Assembly: GCA_963811165.1 (NCBI GenBank) | Contig: CAWEQH010000010.1 | Span: 96,001 to 160,000 of the forward strand | DNA: 64,000 bases | Reading direction: 5' to 3' | Source: an uncultured Nitrospiraceae bacterium | GTDB taxonomy: Bacteria > Nitrospirota > Thermodesulfovibrionia > Thermodesulfovibrionales > UBA6898 | The notes under the pieces: generated by a model | The model's database searches: none | Seen by the model: the letters and a program-made list of their open reading frames with translations, nothing else | What the model was told of the DNA's origin: nothing | Shown here: positions 1 to 8,856 of the stretch, piece after piece | Layout: the number at the start of each line of letters is the position of its first letter | Position numbering within the stretch: the stretch's first letter is position 1 | Translations under genes and position numbers: made by a program

Positions 1-396
1 GCCTGTTCTGTTTCGAGGTTCCTGTTGAGAGATTGGGTGCAGGCCAAATTTGGTGACAAACTCTCGGCAGTCAACGAAGGGATAGAAAAGGAAGGGGCCT
101 TCTATCTGTTCACCCTGCGGCTGATTCCTGTATTTCCCTTCTTTGTTATCAACTTAGTCATGGGACTTACAAAGATGCCGCTTAGAACCTTCTACTGGGT
201 TTCGCAGGTCGGCATGCTGGCCGGTACTGTAGTCTATGTTAATGCCGGCAAAGAACTGGCAAAGATCAGTTCTATTTCAGGGATACTTTCACCCGGGCTG
301 ATTTTATCTTTCGTAATGCTCGGGTTGTTCCCTATTGCGACAAAGAAATTGTTGTCTTTATACAAAGCAAAGAAGGCAAGCTCTGATAATGGGTAA
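1..396 (+). CDS. TVP38/TMEM64 (VTT/SNARE-associated, DedA-like) membrane protein, 5'-partial
   Basis: Frame open from base 1; motif LFTLRLIPVFPFFVINLVMGLT...FYWVSQVGMLAGTVVYVNAG is typical of the family. Confidence 0.85.
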   Translation, partial: ACSVSRFLLRDWVQAKFGDKLSAVNEGIEKEGAFYLFTLRLIPVFPFFVINLVMGLTKMPLRTFYWVSQVGMLAGTVVYVNAGKELAKISSISGILSPGLILSFVMLGLFPIATKKLLSLYKAKKASSDNG

Positions 397-420
397 AGCG
401 CGCTAAGCGAGGAGGGTAAT

Positions 421-1884
421 ATGGCAAATTTTGACTTTGACATAGGGATACTTGGGGGCGGCTCGGGAGGGCTCACCGTTGCGGCCGGAGCGGCCCAACT
501 CGGGGCAAAAACACTCCTTATCGATAGGGAAAACAAACTGGGCGGCGATTGTCTCCATTATGGATGCGTTCCGAGCAAGACGCTCATAATGACCTCCCGC
601 GTCCGGCATCTCATGAAAAGAGCGGGGCACTTTGGCCTGCGGGAGCTCGATCTCCCGCCTGTGGACTTCAGAGATGTGGCGAAGAGAATTCAGCATGTCA
701 TAGGTATTATCCAAAAGCATGATTCCGAGGAGCGGTTTTGTAAACTCGGCGCCAAAGTGGAATTCGGAGAATCGACCTTCACCGATGAACATTCCATTCG
801 TCTGAATGGAAAAACCTATTCAGCAAAGAACTGGGTCATCGCAACGGGCTCTTCCCCTTCAGTTCCACCGATAAAGGGGTTGGACAAGACCCCTTATGTC
901 ACCAATAGACAGATATTCTCTCTGGAAAAACTCCCGAAATCCATGATCATCTTGGGCGGCGGCCCTATTGGAATCGAGATGGCACAGGCCTTCGCCCGCC
1001 TTGGAACAAAGGCTACGGTAATCCAGCGTCCCCAACAGATTCTTCATAAAGAAGACAAGGATATGGCGGATCTGGTGATGAATGTGTTAAGCGAAGAGGG
1101 CGTGACCTTTTATCTGAAGGCCTCTATTGAAAGCACACAGGATTTGGGCAGCGAACGGGAGGTAGTCATCAAGACTGCCGAAGGCACTGCGGTTGCTCTC
1201 CGCGCCGAAACCATTCTCGTTGCAATTGGAAGAGAAGCCAATGTGGAAGGTTTAGGGCTGAAAGAAATCGGCGTAGATTTCGATAAAAGAGGCATTAAGG
1301 TCGACGACCGCATGATGACTAACCATAAGCACATTTATGCGATCGGCGACGTCAATGGCAAATACCTCTTTACCCATGCCGCCGGATATGAGGGAAGCAT
1401 TGTCGTCAACAACGCCATCTTCCACCTGCCCAGAAAGGCTGATTTCACCAACCTGCCTTGGTGTACCTATACCGATCCCGAACTGGCAAACATCGGCATG
1501 AATGAAGCCATGGCAAAAGCTGCCGGGATAGAATATTCAGCCTGGACTGAGGAGTTCGGGGCGAACGACCGGAGCCTTGCAGAGGGCGAAGAGGTGGGGA
1601 GGATCAAAATGCTCCTTGACGAAAAGGAAAAACCCATAGGTGTGCAGATCCTCGGTCCCCATGCGGGAGAACTGATAAGCGAATGGGTGGCGGTAATGAA
1701 TGGTAATGTCAAACTTTCGACCCTGGCGGGCAGCGTTCATCCCTATCCGACACTCGGCGAGATAAACAAGAAGGTTGTCGGGTCTTTCTTTTCCCAGAAA
1801 ATCTTTTCGGAGAAGGTCAAAAAGACTCTGAAATTCTTCTTCAGTTTAAAAGGCAGGGCATGTGGAGAGAAAGTATCTGAATAA
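421..1884 (+). CDS. FAD-dependent pyridine nucleotide-disulfide oxidoreductase (mercuric reductase/LpdA-like)
   Basis: GGGSGG FAD motif, redox GGDCLHYGCVPSK, GGGPIG NAD motif, HPYPTLGE; no C-terminal Cys-Cys; SD GGAGG upstream. Confidence 0.85.
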   Translation: MANFDFDIGILGGGSGGLTVAAGAAQLGAKTLLIDRENKLGGDCLHYGCVPSKTLIMTSRVRHLMKRAGHFGLRELDLPPVDFRDVAKRIQHVIGIIQKHDSEERFCKLGAKVEFGESTFTDEHSIRLNGKTYSAKNWVIATGSSPSVPPIKGLDKTPYVTNRQIFSLEKLPKSMIILGGGPIGIEMAQAFARLGTKATVIQRPQQILHKEDKDMADLVMNVLSEEGVTFYLKASIESTQDLGSEREVVIKTAEGTAVALRAETILVAIGREANVEGLGLKEIGVDFDKRGIKVDDRMMTNHKHIYAIGDVNGKYLFTHAAGYEGSIVVNNAIFHLPRKADFTNLPWCTYTDPELANIGMNEAMAKAAGIEYSAWTEEFGANDRSLAEGEEVGRIKMLLDEKEKPIGVQILGPHAGELISEWVAVMNGNVKLSTLAGSVHPYPTLGEINKKVVGSFFSQKIFSEKVKKTLKFFFSLKGRACGEKVSE

Positions 1885-1918
1885 ATTTCAGGCACACATA
1901 ATTCATTCTTAAGGAGGT

Positions 1919-2920
1919 ATGATAGTTTTGATAAATGACATCATCAGAAAATCTCTAGACGGCACAACACTTATGAAAGAAGAGATTGCTTCATTATTTG
2001 AGGTTCCCCTCTTTTCTGAGGAATCAGCAACGATTATCGCGGCATCAAGAAGAAAAAGTGAATCAGCGAGCGAGGGCTTCGCAGAAGTTCATGCACAGGT
2101 CGGATTAAATATAGCGCCATGCCCTAAAAATTGTGCTTTCTGTTCTTTTGCGGCAAGGAATAAGATTTTTACGGAACGAAATGAAATTTCGCGCGAGGAG
2201 GCAGTTAAAAAAGCCCAACAATTTGAAACTGATGGAGCTAATGCTATTTTTATTATGAGCACTGCGGATTATCCATTTGAAAAGTTCATGGATATCTCCA
2301 AGGAGATTAGAAAATCCCTCCGTCCGGAAACGATATTGGTTGCAAATGTCGGAGATTTTTCAAAAGGGCAAGCGAGAAAGCTAAAAGAGACCGGCTTTTC
2401 GGGCATTTATCATGCAGTCCGTTTAGGCGAAGGGAGAGACACCACCATTCAGACGGAAACAAGATTGGAAACCTTCAAGAATGCAAGAGAAGCCGGCCTC
2501 TTATTAGGCACGTGTGTGGAGCCGGTTGGGAATGAACATACCGTCGGTGAATTGGTAGAGAAAACAATCATAACCCGTGATGCAAGACCTGTATACAGCG
2601 GCTCGGCAAGACGCATTCCTATCCCAAATACCAAAATGGCGGAATACGGAATAGTAAGTGAAGCAAAGATGGCACATATTCTTGCCGTCGTCAGATTAGC
2701 ACTTGATTTTGCGATACCGGGCAATTGCACTCATGAGCCAAATGTAATAGGTGCGGCTGCAGGGTCGAATCTATTGTGGGCTGAGGCCGGCGCAAATCCT
2801 CGTGATACAGAGGAGGAGACAGAAGGAAAGCGAGGAATGACGGTAAAAGACTGCGTAAGGGTTTTAGAGGAAGCTGAATGGAAGGTATTACAAGGACCAT
2901 CAAAATTTTATGGTTCATAG
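1919..2920 (+). CDS. Radical SAM protein, biotin synthase-related
   Basis: CPKNCAFC (CxxxCxxC); SD AAGGAGG; BioB-like size and layout. Confidence 0.75.
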   Translation: MIVLINDIIRKSLDGTTLMKEEIASLFEVPLFSEESATIIAASRRKSESASEGFAEVHAQVGLNIAPCPKNCAFCSFAARNKIFTERNEISREEAVKKAQQFETDGANAIFIMSTADYPFEKFMDISKEIRKSLRPETILVANVGDFSKGQARKLKETGFSGIYHAVRLGEGRDTTIQTETRLETFKNAREAGLLLGTCVEPVGNEHTVGELVEKTIITRDARPVYSGSARRIPIPNTKMAEYGIVSEAKMAHILAVVRLALDFAIPGNCTHEPNVIGAAAGSNLLWAEAGANPRDTEEETEGKRGMTVKDCVRVLEEAEWKVLQGPSKFYGS

Positions 2921-3044
2921 ATTTGTCAAAAAAGTATATGATAGCCATAAAGACTCCAGGAAGTTTAAAAATAGATGAAAAGAAATTGAAGTGTTAGTGA
3001 AATTTTTCGGCAGGTGCTAACTCAATAAGACCAAAAGGAAAAAC

Positions 3045-3120
3045 TGGAGCCGAGAAACGGATTCGAACCGTCGACCTGCTGATTACGAATCAGCTGCTCT
3101 ACCAGCTGAGCTATCTCGGC
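3045..3120 (-). tRNA. tRNA-Thr(CGT)
   Basis: Reverse complement GCCGAGATAGCTCAGCTGGTAGAGCAGCTGATTCGTAATCAGCAGGTCGACGGTTCGAATCCGTTTCTCGGCTCCA; 76-nt cloverleaf, encoded CCA. Confidence 0.97.
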
Positions 3121-3178
3121 GCCCCCGATATTCTATCAGAAATGAAAAAAATATTTCTGCCTTCGGGGCGGTCCGGGA

Positions 3179-3222
3179 CAAAAAAGTTCCGCCGTGCAAA
3201 AAAAACGGTGGAACTTTTTTTT
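3179..3222. terminator. Intrinsic (bidirectional-type) terminator downstream of the chemotaxis operon
   Basis: AAAAAGTTCCGCCGT-loop-ACGGTGGAACTTTTT hairpin flanked by A and T tracts. Confidence 0.7.
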
Positions 3223-3277
3223 ATTTATATCAGCGCCGCGAGCCCTGTCCCGAAAGACGACACGCCAGGCAGTGATT

Positions 3278-5356
3278 TCAGTACCCCTCAAATCCTCCAT
3301 CCGAAGGCTCTCCATCCCCGGATCTTGCCACGCTCTGTGGTGCGGCATGGTTGTTGTTTCCGAAGGCCGGGTTCCGACGCGGCCTGGAAATGTTTTTGTC
3401 CTTCCTTGGATGATAGGACTTCAGCGCCGGTATTTCGTCCGCCTCTTTTCTTCTGACGTTGTCCGGTTCCGTATCTCCCAGCTTAAAGAATGAGATGATC
3501 TCTTTGAGTCCCCTTGCCTGGGACGCCAGCTCGTCCGCAGCGGTTGCAGTATCATCGATGAAGGACGCATTCATCTGCGTCGTCTGGTCGATCTGTGTCA
3601 TCGCCGTCGTGATTTGGCTTATCCCCGATGTCTGTTCCTCTGCTGCCGCTGCAACCTCGTCCATGAGGTCTGAGACCCTCTTGACTCCGCCGGCAATCTC
3701 CTCAAGTTTAACATCGAGCTCCCGCGAAAGTCGGACTCCCCTCTCTGTCTTGCCGAGGCTGTCTTCGATGAGGGCGGTGATCTCCTTGGCCGACTGTGAT
3801 GCCCTTTGTGCGAGGCTTCGTATTTCCGTCGCTACGACGGCGAAGCCTTTGCCGTGCTCTCCTGCCCTGGCCGCTTCCACAGCGGCGTTGAGTGCCAGGA
3901 GGTTCGTCTGGAAGGCTATCTCCTCGATCACGCCGGAGATGCTGGCTATCTTGCCGGAGGATTTGTTTATCTCGTCCATCGCTTTTATCGCCTCGGACAT
4001 GACAGTCGCTCCGGAATCGGCGAGGGTCTTGGTCGAAAGCGCCAGCGTGCTCGCTTCCTTTACGTTTTCAGCGGTCTGTTTGACTGTTGCGGACATCTCC
4101 TCCATCGTCGTCGATGTCTCCTCCAAAGAGGCTGCCTGTTCTGCGACGCGGGCTGAAAAATCCTGGTTCGCCGCAGCAATCTGGTCTGCCGCGGAGGAGA
4201 CGCCGTATGAGGCGTCCCTGGTATGGGTGATTATGTTACGCAGATTACGGCCGATTTCATTGATAGCCGAAATCAATTGGCCGGTCTCGTCGTCTGAAGA
4301 GACGTTGATGTCGACATTCATATTGCCCTTTGAGAGATGGTCTGCTGCTCCTATAGTAGTTTTTATCGGCATAAGGATTTTTCTTTCAATCAAGAGGACA
4401 AGGGAAGCCGTAAGTATTCCTATGATGACAAGACCGGAGAGGATAACTATGGCCACTGCCTTGTATATTTTTCTGTCGATATCCGAGGCAGGATACGCCG
4501 CGACGACCTGAAAGCCCCAGGGCGCATAGGACTGTCTGATCAGTGTCCATCCGCCTGTTTCGAGGGTTGCCGCCTTTTCTTCCGATACGTTCGCTTTCTT
4601 AAGAAGGGCATCGATATATTCGGTTGTGACGTTCTGCGATCCGAAACGCACCTTGCCATGGTCATCGATGAGTGCCACAAACCCGTTGTCCAGTATCTTT
4701 GTCTTTGCAATCGCGTCTCCCAGTTGGGTCAATGCGGAAATCGGATACCCGACGTACCAGACGCCCACGATGTTCCCGGTCTTGTCGTGCATCGGCTCAT
4801 ACCCGGTGAGATAGGGTTTCCCTAGAATATCCACTTGGCCATAGAAGGCCTTGCTCTCCCGGATGGCAGCAATCGCCTTTCCCTGAGGATCGAGGACCGT
4901 GCCCACGGCGCGACTGCCGTCATCCTTGATGACATTTGTGGAGACGCGGACGAAGTCGCTTCCGTTTTTGACGAAAAGGGTGGCGGTGCCGCCCATGACT
5001 GACTTCACATGGTCTACCAATGAGAAGTTGTCCGCCTGCGGCTTATTGCCGAGCAGGAGACCGGGAACTTGCTGGGAGGCAACGACTACGGGCGGGCCAA
5101 GCGAAGGGGCGCCGGACGTGAGTCCTTCACTCATAAGAAGCCGGATAGAGGCATGCACCCTTTCGATCATCACGGTGTTGACGATGTCGAGACTCTGAGA
5201 GATCTGCTCGACTTTGGCGCTGATCTGTTCCTGCGCCCGCTCCCGGATCTGATTTTTTATATACCCGGAAACAGCAAAGACTGACAGGATAGTCATCACA
5301 AGAATGATGGATACCGTAGGGACGATAAATTTCCAGATCATTTTTTTATTTTTCAT
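3278..5356 (-). CDS. Methyl-accepting chemotaxis protein (Cache_3/Cache_2-type sensor, HAMP, MCP signal domain)
   Basis: Two TM helices; GGTATLFV...FVRVSTNV...RAVGTVL Cache motifs; [31 protein letters not shown]-terminal pentapeptide GFEGY. Confidence 0.95.
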   Translation of the reverse strand: MKNKKMIWKFIVPTVSIILVMTILSVFAVSGYIKNQIRERAQEQISAKVEQISQSLDIVNTVMIERVHASIRLLMSEGLTSGAPSLGPPVVVASQQVPGLLLGNKPQADNFSLVDHVKSVMGGTATLFVKNGSDFVRVSTNVIKDDGSRAVGTVLDPQGKAIAAIRESKAFYGQVDILGKPYLTGYEPMHDKTGNIVGVWYVGYPISALTQLGDAIAKTKILDNGFVALIDDHGKVRFGSQNVTTEYIDALLKKANVSEEKAATLETGGWTLIRQSYAPWGFQVVAAYPASDIDRKIYKAVAIVILSGLVIIGILTASLVLLIERKILMPIKTTIGAADHLSKGNMNVDINVSSDDETGQLISAINEIGRNLRNIITHTRDASYGVSSAADQIAAANQDFSARVAEQAASLEETSTTMEEMSATVKQTAENVKEASTLALSTKTLADSGATVMSEAIKAMDEINKSSGKIASISGVIEEIAFQTNLLALNAAVEAARAGEHGKGFAVVATEIRSLAQRASQSAKEITALIEDSLGKTERGVRLSRELDVKLEEIAGGVKRVSDLMDEVAAAAEEQTSGISQITTAMTQIDQTTQMNASFIDDTATAADELASQARGLKEIISFFKLGDTEPDNVRRKEADEIPALKSYHPRKDKNISRPRRNPAFGNNNHAAPQSVARSGDGEPSDGGFEGY

Positions 5357-5374
5357 GATCTCCTCCTTTATATG

Positions 5375-5929
5375 TCAGTAATTTTCTTCGGGTGCCGGCA
5401 GACCAGGTGTCACGCTCCGGTCTGACCGGTCCCCCGTGATGTTTGCCTCCGCCTGCAGAAGCGACGTCTCTTCCTGTGACAGGACCCTGTCGAGATCGAG
5501 CACGATCACAAGACGGTCATCAATATTGCCCATTCCCTTGATAAAATCCGTCCTGACGCGCTCTCCGAAGGAAGGGGGGGGAGCGATGTTCCCCTCCGCC
5601 ATGTGCAGAACGTCCGAAACGGAGTCCACGATAAGCCCCATGACGCCGCCCGAGAATTCCGTGATGATGACGCATGTATGTTTTTTGTATTCTTCCGAAT
5701 GCATGTCGAATTTCATTTTGAGGTCGATAACGGGAATGATAATGCCGCGAAGGTTTATCACCCCTCTGATGAAATCAGGCAGGTGAGGCACCTTTGTGAT
5801 GTGCGGGAGTTCGACGATCTCCCGCACCTGCTGCGCATCGACCGCATATTCCTCATGATTCAGATGAAATAGTATGTGCTGCCGATCGGGCGACCCCTGT
5901 GTCATACTTACTGTTTTCGTACCGGTCAT
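5375..5929 (-). CDS. cheW: Chemotaxis coupling protein CheW
   Basis: ITKVPHLPDFIRGVINLRGIIIPVIDL, GLIVDSVSDV. Confidence 0.95.
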   Translation of the reverse strand: MTGTKTVSMTQGSPDRQHILFHLNHEEYAVDAQQVREIVELPHITKVPHLPDFIRGVINLRGIIIPVIDLKMKFDMHSEEYKKHTCVIITEFSGGVMGLIVDSVSDVLHMAEGNIAPPPSFGERVRTDFIKGMGNIDDRLVIVLDLDRVLSQEETSLLQAEANITGDRSDRSVTPGLPAPEENY

Positions 5930-5942
5930 AGAGGACCTCCTT

Positions 5943-7982
5943 TTACGCGGATACCAATGTAGTTTCGATCAATCCCGCCACGTCGAGGATGAGTGCGACC
6001 TTTCCGTCGCCGAGAATCGTTCCGCCTGCAATACCGCGCACATTCGGTATTGAGGCACCGAGGTTCTTGATCACGATCTGCTGCTGCCCTATAAGTTCGT
6101 CTACGAGCAGACAGCATCTTTTGTTATCATTGGCCGTTACGACCACTGTGGCCTGGGATGGGTCCTTCATGCCTTCCGGCGCGCAAAGCCCTTCATAGAG
6201 TCTTATCAGGGGAATATATTCGTCTCGCACCCGGACGACCTCTCCTTTTTCGTTTAGGGACCCGAGATCGTCTTTCGCAGGCCTCAATGATTCCACAACC
6301 GACGTGAGCGGTATTACATAAACCTCTTTGCCTACGCGTGCGACAAGGCCGTCGATAATGGCGAGCGTGAGAGGCAGTTTTATCGAAAAGGTCGTCCCGC
6401 CCCCCGGCCTGCTTAGTACTGTCACCTTCCCGTCAAGAGACCCGATGTTCTTTTTTACGACATCGAGTCCGACTCCCCTGCCGGAGATATCGGTCACTCT
6501 TTCGGTCGTCGAAAAACCCGGGAGAAATATGAAAGAGTAAACCTCTTCGTCCGTAAGCCGCGCTCCTGCTTTCGTCAGCCCACTCTCAACGGCCTTCCGG
6601 AGTATCCGTTCCCTGTCTAATCCTCTGCCGTCGTCTTCTACCTCAATGCATACGGAATTGCCCACCTGATACGCGATAAGGTGGATCGTACCATGGGCAG
6701 GCTTGCCCTTTTGTAGCCTCTCTTGAGCGGGTTCGATCCCGTGGTCTATCGCGTTTCTGATGAGGTGGACGAGCGGGTCGGTGATCTTTTCTATTACCCC
6801 TTTGTCAAGTTCGGTCTCCTCTCCCGACATGACAAGTTCCACTTGCGTATTCTTGCTTCCCGAGAGTTCTCGCACAAGCCTCACGAACCGCTGAAATATC
6901 TCCCTGACCGGCAGCATCCTGAGCGACATTGCACTTTCCTGTATGTCTTTGCCTATGCGCGTAAGCTGCGAGAACACTTTTTCAAGGTCCTCGGGCATAT
7001 CTGAATTCCCCCCGTCTTCGCAGATTATCCGATGGAGGATGGAGTGTGATATGACCATCTCACCTATCAAGTTGAGGAGGGCGTCGAGCTTTTTCAGATC
7101 GACCCTGATAGTCGAGGAAACGGATTTGTTGAAGGACTCGATCTTCTTGAGTCTCTGTTTTTCGATAACGTGCTCTATGTCGTCTGCGGCGACCTTGTCC
7201 CGCGCAAGAAGGATATCACCCAATCTCCTCTGATGGCCAAGCGCAGCGGCGACGTCTTCGGCCCTGGCGGCCCCCTCTTCGACGAGCATGTGCCCCAGGA
7301 GCGGTTCCTTCTCTAAAGAGGTAACAGGGAATATTCTTATCTCGCTTCCCTTGCGGACGAAGTCGAAAACATTACGTATTTCTTCTGCGGGTTTTTCAGT
7401 CCTTAGCAGTATGTCCCATCTTAGATATATCTCATCGTAGTGTATTTCGGAAAGAGGAGGTACAGGTTCCGTGTCGGCCTGTATCGAGAGGATCTCCCCG
7501 ATTTCTCTTAACTGAGAAATTATCGACGAGGGGTCATGGCCCTCCTTGAAGAGAGACCTGTCCGGGATAAATATTATCTTGTAGAGTCTTGCGCAGCCCT
7601 TCTTTCGTATGTCTTCGATTATCTCTAGAACGCCGGTGCGGCGATCGCTTGCAACCGTCTTGTCCGTCCCGATTGCAGAGACCATTTCCCTGATCAGGTC
7701 GCCACCCGCAAGGACTGCGCCGATCAAATTTTTGTCGGGCCGGAGTCTCTCCTGCCGAACGAGGTCGAGCAGTCCTTCAATATGATGGGTGAATTCGCAG
7801 ATTTCACTCAGTCCCACGGAGCCGCTGCAGCCCTTGATGGTATGAACCGCTCTAAAAACCCCGTTTATGAGTTCCTTATCGCCGGGGGATTTTTCAAGCT
7901 GCAGCAGACCGTCCTCCAGCTCCGATAGCCTTTCCATGGCCTCCTCTACAAAGGTCATCTGCAATTTCTGGTAATCGATCAT
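5943..7982 (-). CDS. cheA: Chemotaxis histidine kinase CheA
   Basis: HPt FRAVHTIKG, DPLVHLIRNAIDHGIE, EDDGRGL, FLPGFST, ISGRGVGLDVV, C-terminal CheW domain. Confidence 0.96.
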   Translation of the reverse strand: MIDYQKLQMTFVEEAMERLSELEDGLLQLEKSPGDKELINGVFRAVHTIKGCSGSVGLSEICEFTHHIEGLLDLVRQERLRPDKNLIGAVLAGGDLIREMVSAIGTDKTVASDRRTGVLEIIEDIRKKGCARLYKIIFIPDRSLFKEGHDPSSIISQLREIGEILSIQADTEPVPPLSEIHYDEIYLRWDILLRTEKPAEEIRNVFDFVRKGSEIRIFPVTSLEKEPLLGHMLVEEGAARAEDVAAALGHQRRLGDILLARDKVAADDIEHVIEKQRLKKIESFNKSVSSTIRVDLKKLDALLNLIGEMVISHSILHRIICEDGGNSDMPEDLEKVFSQLTRIGKDIQESAMSLRMLPVREIFQRFVRLVRELSGSKNTQVELVMSGEETELDKGVIEKITDPLVHLIRNAIDHGIEPAQERLQKGKPAHGTIHLIAYQVGNSVCIEVEDDGRGLDRERILRKAVESGLTKAGARLTDEEVYSFIFLPGFSTTERVTDISGRGVGLDVVKKNIGSLDGKVTVLSRPGGGTTFSIKLPLTLAIIDGLVARVGKEVYVIPLTSVVESLRPAKDDLGSLNEKGEVVRVRDEYIPLIRLYEGLCAPEGMKDPSQATVVVTANDNKRCCLLVDELIGQQQIVIKNLGASIPNVRGIAGGTILGDGKVALILDVAGLIETTLVSA

Positions 7983-8037
7983 TTAGATTCCGAACCTCCC
8001 CTGGCCGTATGCGCGGCCTGAGATGTAATCCGTATGT

Positions 8038-8292
8038 TCATAATTGTATTCCCATGGATCTCAGGAAGTTGTTCACCTTTTCAGTTTTCCTTATTATCAG
8101 CTCCCGCCCGGTCCTGGCACATTCTTTTTTGGCCGCTATGAGCAATTGGACGGCGGCAAGATCGACTCTTTTGACCTCATCCATGTCTACTATGACCACA
8201 TCCCATTGTGCGAAAGAGTCCTTAAGACTGGTCAGGAAACCATCGAGGCTGCAAAGGGTAACATCATCTTTCAACGTCAAGATCCCGAACAT
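8038..8292 (-). CDS. STAS-domain protein (anti-sigma antagonist-like)
   Basis: VIVDMDEVKRVDLAAVQLLIAAKKE; first gene of the che operon; SD AGGAG. Confidence 0.8.
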   Translation of the reverse strand: MFGILTLKDDVTLCSLDGFLTSLKDSFAQWDVVIVDMDEVKRVDLAAVQLLIAAKKECARTGRELIIRKTEKVNNFLRSMGIQL

Positions 8293-8445
8293 CTCTCTAC
8301 TCCTTTCGTTGTCTCGATCAAGTAAAATCCGGGCCTTTTTATGACGGCTTATAAAAAGTCATTACTCCAGTCCTGGGACTGCCTTCTCACGGCATAAGCC
8401 CGGCAGATGAACATACCACTAAGAGGCTAAAACAGCATGTTTAAT

Positions 8446-8473
8446 GAATCGGAATATTTCTCGAATAAGTTTA
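8446..8473 (-). promoter_or_regulatory. Possible sigma-28 (FliA)-type promoter for the che operon
   Basis: Minus strand TAAA-N16-TCCGATTC versus consensus TAAA-N15-GCCGATAA; imperfect match. Confidence 0.3.
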
Positions 8474-8856
8474 ATGATCTTTCCGGTATTAATAGAGGTT
8501 TGAAAGGATAATGCAAAAAAACAAGAAATGACGGCAACTTAAGCTAATAATATTAGGAAACTACTTTAATGCTCAGGAAAAGTCATGGTCTTTAATATAG
8601 CCCACTTTCACTCCAGAGATTACGCCGACTTTGCGTTCCTTCATTGTCATATTTTTGTATTGACAAGTGGCCTGTATTGAGGCAAGATTAGTGAGGCAAG
8701 TCAATAAATTGATAAGGATATCTAATATACATTGCTTATCAATATGCTGGGAAAGTGGGCTTATTCCCGACCCGGTTCCTTCATCTTTTTCTCAAAGAAT
8801 CCATCGGGAAGTCAACCGTATTAATCTTTTCATTATAATCTTTTGGAGGTAATGGT

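Noticed and set aside
421..1884. Mercuric reductase merA
   Set aside because: No NmerA domain, no C-terminal Cys-Cys pair, and no mer genes nearby
1919..2920. True biotin synthase bioB
   Set aside because: Only the CxxxCxxC motif and general layout match; I could not identify BioB-specific motifs such as YNHNL, and no bio genes are adjacent
3459..4511. 350-aa plus-strand ORF and similar long antisense ORFs (e.g. 11794-12696, 33105-33896, 35859-36653, 38439-39209, 46015-46731)
   Set aside because: Shadow frames of well-supported genes on the opposite strand; no motifs
8293..8445. c-di-GMP riboswitch in the che operon leader
   Set aside because: Some pairing potential, but the GEMM consensus elements are not recognisable
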